A stretch of 20,000 nucleotides of DNA from an uncultured virus (IMG/VR IMGVR_UViG_2687453388_000001) (lineage: Duplodnaviria; Heunggongvirae; Uroviricota; Caudoviricetes): the IMG/VR virus record IMGVR_UViG_2687453388_000001; one strand, 5' to 3'. Below the pieces are notes generated by a model. That model did not search any database. It saw only the letters and a program-made list of their open reading frames with translations, and was not told the DNA's origin. Positions 9,600 through 17,177 of this stretch are shown piece by piece. Both the position numbers and the translations under genes were made by a program. Each line of letters starts with the position of its first letter. Position 1 is the first letter of the stretch.

Positions 9600-11456
9600 A
9601 TGGCAGATTATGGTTCAAATAATGATAGGGGCTATACCCTACTTTTGCGAGTGGAAGAAACAGGCACTTCGACCGCTAATAACACATCTACTGTTCGAGT
9701 CCAACTCTGGCTAAAGAATGGTTATACGACCTTTGGGATGTATGACTGTAGGGCAAGTGTGACTATCAATGGGCAGACACTTTCTTGGTCAGGGCGACCA
9801 GATATGTACACGGCTCATAGTTCCCTTCACTTGATTGATAAGACCATTACTGTGCCGCATGATTCTAATGGGTCAAAAACCATCAGTTTTTCTGCGACCT
9901 TCTCAGGATCTGGTGGTTGGTCACCTGGCACCTTAAATACAGGGTCACAAACGCTACGCTTAAGTGATATCCCACGGTCATCGAGTGCTACAGTTTCTGG
10001 GAATATGATGGGACAAGCCGTAACCATAACGATTAAACGTGCCAGTAGTGATTTTACCCATAACATGACCTGGCATTTTGGCAGTCTAAGCGGCACGATT
10101 GGAACAGGCATTGCGACCTCTGTAACGTGGATGCCTTCGATTTCTCAACTAGCAACTCAAATACCAAATAGCACCTCAGGTAATGGGCATTTAACGCTGG
10201 CCACTATCTATGGTGGTAAGACAATAGGTTCTATGACAATTCCCATTACCCTCAACCTACCGACGTCAGTTGTTCCAACCTTGGGCAGTATTTCTATTTC
10301 AGAATCCCATGCCACTGCAAAAACGATTTTAACTGGCACCAGTTTTGCCCAGTTGGTGTCCAATCCTAAAGTGACCTTCAATCAAGGAGCGGGTATTTAC
10401 GGATCGACGATTCCTTCGACGGGTTTTCGCGCAGAGGTCTTTAAGTTTGAGAACAATCAGTGGGTTCAACTTCAAAATGTCACTAGTAGTAATAACGGAC
10501 TATTGGGTGGAATAAACTGGATTGGTCGAGCTAAGGTCTCTGCCTATGTGACCGATTCGAGAGGGCGACAAAGTGCTCGAAAAGAAGTGGAGATAACCCT
10601 ATTAGAGTATTTCAAGCCTATCTTTTCATTCTCAGCGGTTCGAGCTGGTTCTAGTATGAATCAGGTGACGGTCATACGAAAGCTTAAGATTGCCCCTTTA
10701 ACCATCAATAGTGTCCAAAAGAACAAGGCGGCCTTGACATGGGAAGTAGTCGATTTAGCAAGCGGTCAGAAGGTCACAAACGCTGGTGGTGCCGCCAACT
10801 GGACGTCAACTACGGAACACACAAAGACCGATTTCCAAGCTATTTTAGGTGGCACCTATGATACCACCAAATCCTACACCATTATTGGAAGGCTAGAAGA
10901 TCTCTTTTACTCCACGACCTTTGAATTTACCATTGGTCCAGAAAAAGTTGTCTACGGCTTAAGTTCATCTGGTATGGGGATAGGGAAAGCCTGGACAAGA
11001 GGCGTGCTCGATGTGGATGGGAGCTTACCTGCTTATTTTGACGGGGACATTTATATGAAGAATAAGAAACTTCTTGATATTTTCTATCCAGTGGGTGTTA
11101 TTTACGAGTCAACTTCAAGCTCTAATCCCTCAACATTTATGGGAGGCACTTGGGAGCGGTTTGGCAACGGTCGGATCTTGGTTGGTGTGTCTGAGAATGA
11201 AAGTGAGTTTAATAGCGTCAATCAGTCAGGTGGTAGTAAGACACATACCTTGACCATTGATGAAATGCCATCTCACTCACACGCTCAGTATGTGACGGCT
11301 AACAATGGTTCAGGAGCTGTTCGTCGTGACTACTCTTCAGATGGCAGCTCTACGATTTATCCGCAAGGAAATAACACAGGAAATACTGGTGGCGGTAAGC
11401 CACACAATAACTTACAACCTTACGTCACGGTTTACCGTTGGCGTAGGGCAGCATAA
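9600..11456 (+). CDS. DUF859-like minor tail / receptor-binding protein with a C-terminal gp10/tail-collar-like domain
   Basis: STANNTSTVRV..HDSNGSKT..LSDIPRSS N-terminus; VTDSRGR; C-terminal YPVGVIY..NPS..GGTWER..GGSKTHTLTIDEMPSHSH..HNNLQPYVTVYRWRR. Confidence 0.85.
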   Translation: MADYGSNNDRGYTLLLRVEETGTSTANNTSTVRVQLWLKNGYTTFGMYDCRASVTINGQTLSWSGRPDMYTAHSSLHLIDKTITVPHDSNGSKTISFSATFSGSGGWSPGTLNTGSQTLRLSDIPRSSSATVSGNMMGQAVTITIKRASSDFTHNMTWHFGSLSGTIGTGIATSVTWMPSISQLATQIPNSTSGNGHLTLATIYGGKTIGSMTIPITLNLPTSVVPTLGSISISESHATAKTILTGTSFAQLVSNPKVTFNQGAGIYGSTIPSTGFRAEVFKFENNQWVQLQNVTSSNNGLLGGINWIGRAKVSAYVTDSRGRQSARKEVEITLLEYFKPIFSFSAVRAGSSMNQVTVIRKLKIAPLTINSVQKNKAALTWEVVDLASGQKVTNAGGAANWTSTTEHTKTDFQAILGGTYDTTKSYTIIGRLEDLFYSTTFEFTIGPEKVVYGLSSSGMGIGKAWTRGVLDVDGSLPAYFDGDIYMKNKKLLDIFYPVGVIYESTSSSNPSTFMGGTWERFGNGRILVGVSENESEFNSVNQSGGSKTHTLTIDEMPSHSHAQYVTANNGSGAVRRDYSSDGSSTIYPQGNNTGNTGGGKPHNNLQPYVTVYRWRRAA

Positions 11457-11473
11457 GAAAGGAAAGTGTCATT

Positions 11474-11872
11474 ATGAAAGAATTACTGGCAACAAATAAA
11501 GTCCTCTTCTCAGCGATTGGAGGACTTATCGGATCAATCTTTGGAGAAGTCGATGGCTTTCTCTTTGCATTGATGGTTTTTATTTCCATCGATTACATCA
11601 CAGGTCTCATGGCAGCAGCCGTTGAGAAGAAATTAGCTAGCAATATTGGGTTTAAGGGCATCTTCAAAAAAATTGTCCTTTTATTTTTGGTAGCAGTAGG
11701 ACAAATCATTGATGAGCATGTCTTGAAACAAGGGGGCATGGTTCGTACTGCCATCATCTTTTACTATCTCTCAAATGAAGGCTTGTCCATCATTGAGAAT
11801 GCGGCTAGGATTGGACTACCAGTTCCTGAGAAGTTGAAAGATGTGCTGAAACAATTGAAACAAGGAGATTAG
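11474..11872 (+). CDS. Holin (phage holin family 4 / toxin-secretion type)
   Basis: Hydrophobic segments; [14 protein letters not shown] and [21 protein letters not shown] motifs; precedes the lysin. Confidence 0.93.
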   Translation: MKELLATNKVLFSAIGGLIGSIFGEVDGFLFALMVFISIDYITGLMAAAVEKKLASNIGFKGIFKKIVLLFLVAVGQIIDEHVLKQGGMVRTAIIFYYLSNEGLSIIENAARIGLPVPEKLKDVLKQLKQGD

Positions 11873-11873
11873 G

Positions 11874-13280
11874 ATGACTTTTTTATCAAAGATTAAAGAC
11901 GGTTGTTTAGCATCTTGGGAGCATGGTATTCTTCCTTCCGTGTCAGCAGCACAAGCTATCTTAGAGAGTGGTTGGGGAGAGTCTTTGTTAGCACAATACC
12001 CTAATCATAATCTCTTTGGAATCAAAGCTAGTTCTGATTGGAAGGGAAAACGTGTTGACCTTCCAACTCAAGAATACATTGATGGGAAATTCGTCACGGT
12101 TGAGGCTACCTTTAGAAAGTATGACTCATGGGAGGAATCCATTAAAGATCATGCGTTGTTCTTTTCAGAAACAGCATGGCGACGTAGCCATTACCAAAAC
12201 GTGCTCGGTGAAGAAGACTATAAAAAAACCTGTCTCGCTTTACAAGCGTCAGGTTATGCGACAGATCCTAACTATGGGTCAAAATTGATTACACTTATTG
12301 AAGCACATCATCTCAACACTTGGGATGACCGTATTTTAAACAAAAAAGGAGAAACGACTATGAGTAAACATTTAGTTATCTGCGGACATGGACAAGGACA
12401 AACAGGTTATGATCCTGGAGCAACGAATCCTAGTTTAGGTATTACTGAAGCAGGAAAGGTTCGTGAGTTTGCGAATCTGATGAAGAAGTATTCTGGGAAT
12501 CGGATTGATTACATCACTGACCATAATGTCTATAACTACCGCAGTATTGGTAGTTTGGGAAATGGCTATGAGTCGATTACGGAACTTCATTTCAACGCTT
12601 TTAATGGACAAGCGAGAGGAAGTGAAATTCTGATTTATTCAGGCTACACAGCTGATAGTTTAGACCAAAAACTGCTAGCTATTCTAGCCAAGCGTTTTAC
12701 GAATCGTGGTTTTAAACAAGTGAACTGGCTCTACAATGCCAATGTCTCAGCAAGTCGAGGATACAATTATCGATTGGTGGAGATTGCCTTCATCGATAAT
12801 AATAGTGATGTGGGCATCTATGAAGCCAATAAAGACAGTATGGCTCGTGAATTTGTACAAGCCATCACTGGGCAAGCTCAAGTAATTTCACCCAGTCCCA
12901 ATACTCCTCAATCAAGGGTTACTTCCTATCATGTTGGTGACCCTGTTACTGTTCAACAACATGCGACGCATTACCAGACAGGTCAAGCGATTTCGTCATG
13001 GGTTAAAGGCAAAACTTTCAAGGTTATTCGTGTGAAGGATGTTAATCAATCCAATAGTAAGAAAGCCTACCTGCTTGAGGGAATTAACTCATGGGTCTTG
13101 GAACAAGATGTCAAAGGCACAACGAACGGACATAGTGAACAGACTTATACGGTTCAAAAGGGTGATACCCTTTATGGTATTGCACGGAAGTTTAAGACCA
13201 GTGTCAGTGAATTGGTGCGACTTAACAGCATCATCAATCCAAGTCTGATCTCAGTTGGACAGAAGTTGAAACTAAAATAA
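11874..13280 (+). CDS. Endolysin: glucosaminidase (GH73) + Amidase_3 + SH3-like + LysM
   Basis: [17 protein letters not shown] and GYATDPNY (GH73); GHG..E..ELHFNA..LVEIAF (zinc amidase_3); [27 protein letters not shown] (LysM). Confidence 0.93.
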   Translation: MTFLSKIKDGCLASWEHGILPSVSAAQAILESGWGESLLAQYPNHNLFGIKASSDWKGKRVDLPTQEYIDGKFVTVEATFRKYDSWEESIKDHALFFSETAWRRSHYQNVLGEEDYKKTCLALQASGYATDPNYGSKLITLIEAHHLNTWDDRILNKKGETTMSKHLVICGHGQGQTGYDPGATNPSLGITEAGKVREFANLMKKYSGNRIDYITDHNVYNYRSIGSLGNGYESITELHFNAFNGQARGSEILIYSGYTADSLDQKLLAILAKRFTNRGFKQVNWLYNANVSASRGYNYRLVEIAFIDNNSDVGIYEANKDSMAREFVQAITGQAQVISPSPNTPQSRVTSYHVGDPVTVQQHATHYQTGQAISSWVKGKTFKVIRVKDVNQSNSKKAYLLEGINSWVLEQDVKGTTNGHSEQTYTVQKGDTLYGIARKFKTSVSELVRLNSIINPSLISVGQKLKLK

Positions 13281-13302
13281 GCTACACAATAGGCAGCTTT
13301 AA

Positions 13303-13311
13303 TGGTATACT
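13303..13311 (+). promoter_or_regulatory. Extended -10 promoter for the toxin transcript
   Basis: TG-G-TATACT at 13303-13311; no strong -35. Confidence 0.65.
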
Positions 13312-13371
13312 ATTAAGTGTAGAAAAGTGAAGACGGTGGTTCCTAAATCCTGAAAGAGAGAGGTGATGCCT

Positions 13372-13419
13372 ATGGGCAATTCATCAAAATCTGATGGAAA
13401 GGAGGGAGCTTTCTTTTGA
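13372..13419 (+). CDS. Putative leader peptide (uORF) overlapping the toxin start
   Basis: GAGGTG RBS, then ATG 13372 (alternative ATG 13366): MGNSSKSDGKEGAFF*. Its TGA (13417-13419) overlaps the toxin TTG (13416-13418). Confidence 0.5.
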   Translation: MGNSSKSDGKEGAFF

Positions 13420-13523
13420 CCGCTTTTGAAGTCGTGCAAATCATCATTGGTTTTGGTAGTTTTACCGTTGCTTTGATTGGCTTGTGCTATAAAATCTTCA
13501 AAGATGACGACAAAAAGAAATAA
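13416..13523 (+). CDS. Small membrane toxin, putative holin-like / type I TA toxin (35 aa)
   Basis: AAAGGAGG RBS and TTG start: MTAFEVVQIIIGFGSFTVALIGLCYKIFKDDDKKK*. One hydrophobic helix plus a charged tail. Below the ORF-track size cutoff. Confidence 0.85.
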   Translation: MTAFEVVQIIIGFGSFTVALIGLCYKIFKDDDKKK

Positions 13524-13636
13524 CCCGTCCCCACTTTTGACCGAGTTGTTGGACGAGTTATAGTCTAATTAAACGAGTCACCGTCTTTTTAACGGTCCTA
13601 CATTGGGGGGTGGATTGCCGTCCAGCTCCTTTTTAT
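13512..13636 (-). ncRNA. Putative convergent antisense antitoxin RNA (about 125 nt; ends approximate)
   Basis: Minus-strand TGTTATAAT promoter (13643-13651); minus-strand terminator formed by hairpin 13520-13530/13551-13561 and a U-tract (complement of AAAAAGAA 13512-13519). Confidence 0.68.
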
Positions 13637-13642
13637 AAGTTC

Positions 13643-13651
13643 ATTATAACA
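13643..13651 (-). promoter_or_regulatory. Extended -10 promoter (antisense RNA)
   Basis: Reverse complement of ATTATAACA is TG-T-TATAAT, a perfect extended -10. Confidence 0.7.
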
Positions 13652-13663
13652 TACTTGTATCTC

Positions 13664-13695
13664 AGCGTGTTGAAATAGCCACGCTTTTTCTTTTT
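13664..13695 (+). terminator. Intrinsic terminator of the toxin / late transcript
   Basis: AGCGTG 13664-13669 / CACGCT 13680-13685 followed by a long T tract. Confidence 0.65.
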
Positions 13696-13830
13696 GCTTT
13701 TTTCAAAAACTGCGGAAAATTTGTTTCCAAATTTACTTAGTAATATGGAGGGAGTAGGTTTGCGAAAAGCTTGACTTATCTTCCCTTTAGAGTGATATAT
13801 GGTGTACAAAAGTTATAGGAAGGAGCCTGA

Positions 13831-15072
13831 ATGGCAGTAAGGTTAATTAAGACAAAAAGTAATCGTAAAAAACAACGTGTCTGTGCTTATACTAGGGTGT
13901 CAACAACAAATAGTAGTCAGCTTGATTCCCTTGAAAACCAGAAGGCTTATTTTGAAACATTCTATGTCAATCGGGAGGACGTCGATTTTCTCGGAGTCTA
14001 TTACGATAAGGGGATTTCTGGGTCTAAGGAGAAACGACCGAGTTTTCAAGCTATGCTTGAAGCTTGTAGGCAAGGTCAGATTGATTTGATACATACCAAG
14101 TCCATTTCACGGTTTGCGAGGAATACCATGACGGTACTTGAAGTCAGTCGTGAGTTGAAAGCCCTAGGTGTTGGTATCTATTTTGAAGAGCAGAACATCA
14201 ATACCTTATCCAATGAAGGAGAGGGCATGCTTTCAGTTCTTGCCAGTTTGGCAGAGGAAGAGTTGCAAAGCATGAGTGACAACCAGCGGTGGGCCTTTCA
14301 GAGAAAGTTTCAACGTGGGGAGATGGTCATCAACACCAAGCGATTCATGGGTTATGATGTGGACGATAAAGGAGAGTTGGTCATCAATGAAGCAGAAGCA
14401 CAGATTGTGAGACGGATTTTCCAACTTTATCTTGATGGTATGGGGATGCATCGAATAGCTAAACTTTTAAATCAAGAGAATGTGCCTACGGTGACAGATG
14501 CTAAATGGCATGATACAACTGTTCGAAATATCCTAAAGAATGAAAAGTACAAAGGAACTGTCCTTCTTCAAAAATATTTTCATGTTGGTATCAATTGGCC
14601 TAAGAGATTAAACCAAGGTCAGGTAGAGCAATATTTGATTGAAGATAACCATGAGCCAATTGTTTCAAAAGAAGTCTGGCAGGCTGTCCAAGATAAGCTT
14701 GCAAGCAAAACTTGGAAACAGGGAGTCAATAAGCACTATCGATTTACGAGTATGCTTAAATGCGAGTATTGTGGGTCAACCCTCAAACGCCAGGTTACCT
14801 ACAAGAAACAAATAGTTTGGTGTTGTTCCAAGTATATTAAAGAAGGTAAGGCTTCCTGCCGAGGCATGCGCGTGCCTGAGAAAGCTATTGAAGAGTGGAA
14901 ACTTAGGACACCTGTAACAGTGATAGAAAGGAACGAATATGGGCAAAAACATTACAGTTATTCCAGCCAAGAAAGTGCAGCTGACGGTCACCCATCAGCA
15001 AGCAACCAAAATAAGAGTGGCAGCCTATTGTCGGGTGTCCACCGACCAAGACGAACAGCTATCAAGCTATGA
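13831..15072 (+). CDS. Large serine recombinase 1
   Basis: AYTRVST catalytic Ser; D.GISG, KSISRFARN and GY motifs; NEKYKG, HEPIVS; zinc ribbon CEYCG...CC..C; AAGGAG RBS. Confidence 0.93.
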   Translation: MAVRLIKTKSNRKKQRVCAYTRVSTTNSSQLDSLENQKAYFETFYVNREDVDFLGVYYDKGISGSKEKRPSFQAMLEACRQGQIDLIHTKSISRFARNTMTVLEVSRELKALGVGIYFEEQNINTLSNEGEGMLSVLASLAEEELQSMSDNQRWAFQRKFQRGEMVINTKRFMGYDVDDKGELVINEAEAQIVRRIFQLYLDGMGMHRIAKLLNQENVPTVTDAKWHDTTVRNILKNEKYKGTVLLQKYFHVGINWPKRLNQGQVEQYLIEDNHEPIVSKEVWQAVQDKLASKTWKQGVNKHYRFTSMLKCEYCGSTLKRQVTYKKQIVWCCSKYIKEGKASCRGMRVPEKAIEEWKLRTPVTVIERNEYGQKHYSYSSQESAADGHPSASNQNKSGSLLSGVHRPRRTAIKL

Positions 15073-16321
15073 GAACCAAGTATCTTACTATCGTGATTAC
15101 ATCTTAAAACATGAAGATTATGAGCTTGTGGACATCTATGCGGACGAAGGCATTTCTGCAACCAATACCAAAAAACGAGAAGCCTTTAACCGACTGATAC
15201 AGGATTGTAGAGCAGGTAAGGTGGATAGGATTTTAGTTAAGTCCATTAGTCGTTTTGCCAGAAACACCTTGGATTGTATCAAGTATGTCCGTGAGCTGAA
15301 AGAATTGGGGATTGGTGTCACTTTTGAAAAGGAGAATATTGATAGCCTTGACTCTAAAGGTGAGGTATTACTCACGATTCTTTCTTCTCTTGCCCAAGAT
15401 GAATCACGCTCCATTTCAGAGAATGCGACATGGGGCATTCGTAAGAAGTTTGAACGTGGAGAGGTTCGTGTCAATACCACCAAGTTCATGGGGTATGATA
15501 AAGATGAGAATGGTAAGCTAGTCATTAATCCAGAGCAAGCAGAGGTAGTTAAACATATCTATCAACAGTTCCTAAAAGGCTACAGTCCAGAAAGCATTGC
15601 CAAGGAACTTAACACTAACGGTATCAAGGGATGGTCAGGAAAAGCCAACTGGTATCCTAGCAGTATTCTCAAAATGCTTCAGAATGAGAAGTACAAAGGT
15701 GATGCCTTACTTCAGAAAACCTACACGGTGGATTTCCTTACAAAAAAGCGAACAGAGAATGATGGGCAGGTCAATCAATACTATGTGACCAATAATCATG
15801 AAGCCATTATTGATACAGAAATGTGGGACACTGTTCAAGAAGAATTGGCAAGGCGAAAAGACTTCAGAGAAAAGCACAAGCTGAAAACCTATATCATGCA
15901 AAGTGACGACAATCCTTTTACCACTAAGGTCTTCTGTGCCGAGTGTGGTTCTGCCTTTGGACGAAAGAACTGGACGACCAGTCGAGGTAAACGCAAGGTT
16001 TGGCAGTGTAACAACCGCTACAAGGTCAAGGGACAGATTGGTTGCCAGAACAACCATATTGATGAAGAAATGCTTGAGAAAGCCTTCATGAAGGCAGTGG
16101 AATTGCTTCAGGAACATAGAGCAGATGTGGTGGTTAAGTGACAAAAGTTAGAAAAGGGAACTAATCTGCTGCATAAGCACTATGCCAAACAAATGTATCA
16201 GTTACTAGATTTAGAGAAATTTGATGGAACTATCATGAACAAAGTTTTAGATCACATCAGTATTTCAGAAGTCGGACAAATTATCGTGATTTTCCTAGAA
16301 GGAACTGAAGTAGAATTATAA
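14939..16321 (+). pseudogene. Large serine recombinase 2 with a premature TGA at 16139-16141 (400 aa translated of a probable 460)
   Basis: AYCRVST, DEGISAT, KSISRFARN and CAECG zinc ribbon. The same frame continues for 59 codons after the TGA, to ...IIVIFLEGTEVEL* (TAA 16319-16321), immediately before a terminator. Confidence 0.8.
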
Positions 16322-16322
16322 G

Positions 16323-16352
16323 AGACTGTGACTGAGAGGATGCAGTCTTTTT
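16323..16352 (+). terminator. Intrinsic terminator after the recombinase genes
   Basis: AGACTG 16323-16328 / CAGTCT 16343-16348 followed by a T run. Confidence 0.6.
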
Positions 16353-16362
16353 GTGGTTTTAG

Positions 16363-16371
16363 TGGTATAAT
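16363..16371 (+). promoter_or_regulatory. Extended -10 promoter of the cargo operon
   Basis: TG-G-TATAAT at 16363-16371, then AAGGAG 16377-16382 and ATG 16391. Confidence 0.75.
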
Positions 16372-16390
16372 TACTTAAGGAGTATAAAGC

Positions 16391-17164
16391 ATGGGTGAAA
16401 ATTTGAATTCTAATATAGATCCTCGAATTATATTTAAACAATTACCTCCAGCTACAATAATCAAAGGTTTTGTAGCTGGTGAGACCAAATGTAATTATGA
16501 AATTTATCTATTGGAATTGCTTAATAAATCAGTATATTTTCGGGAAAAAGGTAAATCTAAATTTCACGCACCTGAAGACGAGAGCCACGGGGAATGTGAT
16601 GCTGTAGCAGATGATTACAAGATAGACTTCAAGCTTCTTTCTTCAAGTAGTAGACTGCAGGCAAGCAGTTTATTTTCACCTAGTATCACTAATCTTGGAA
16701 ATGGGATTACTGCAATTGGAGAAAGTAGAAATCCGAACGGGGAAATAAAAGCAACTCAGATTCATGCTGCGTTTCGATTTAGAACTGTATCTGATTTAAT
16801 ACGACTCAAGGTAAAGCGTCAACATGTTAGGAAACAATGCCTTGAAAAAGATATTATAAAAGTCCTAAATATGCTTGAGAAGCAGAAAAATCTCCTTTTA
16901 TTTTTCCCTTACATTTTTTATACGGAAGAAGAAATTAGCACTAATGAACTAGATGATATCATTTTAAATGCAATAAGCTATGATTTTTCTTCTCTTTTCG
17001 CCTACAGGCACATAAAGGTACAATCGTTTGAAACTTATTTACTTACTATTGTACGTGATGAGTTTAATATTTTTAAGATATCCAACAAAAGGCTAAAACT
17101 CATTGAAAAACTCAGTTGTTCGGAATTACCTACTTTTGTTAAATTAAAAAGTTATTCTATCTAA
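16391..17164 (+). CDS. Hypothetical protein, predicted PD-(D/E)xK-fold nuclease
   Basis: 257 aa; helix E37 (YEIYLLELLN), D70 (GECDA) and D79-F-K81 fit restriction-endonuclease-fold motif spacing. The CDS is secure; the fold is inferred. Confidence 0.6.
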   Translation: MGENLNSNIDPRIIFKQLPPATIIKGFVAGETKCNYEIYLLELLNKSVYFREKGKSKFHAPEDESHGECDAVADDYKIDFKLLSSSSRLQASSLFSPSITNLGNGITAIGESRNPNGEIKATQIHAAFRFRTVSDLIRLKVKRQHVRKQCLEKDIIKVLNMLEKQKNLLLFFPYIFYTEEEISTNELDDIILNAISYDFSSLFAYRHIKVQSFETYLLTIVRDEFNIFKISNKRLKLIEKLSCSELPTFVKLKSYSI

Positions 17165-17177
17165 AAGGGGAAATGTT

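Noticed and set aside
9600..11456. Diversity-generating retroelement or invertible tail-fibre system
   Set aside because: No reverse transcriptase, and no template repeat or inverted alternative cassette noticed; the recombinases are of the large integrase type, not invertases
7698..13248. Small alternative-frame ORFs within the tail and lysin genes
   Set aside because: No coding evidence; they overlap strongly supported CDSs
13745..13774. Mini ORF MEGVGLRKA
   Set aside because: Nine codons, no upstream RBS and no supporting evidence
13877..16144. Antisense and alternative-frame ORFs in the recombinases, including 15136-15525 and 15707-16144
   Set aside because: Shadows of the recombinase frames with no motifs; no support as directionality factors
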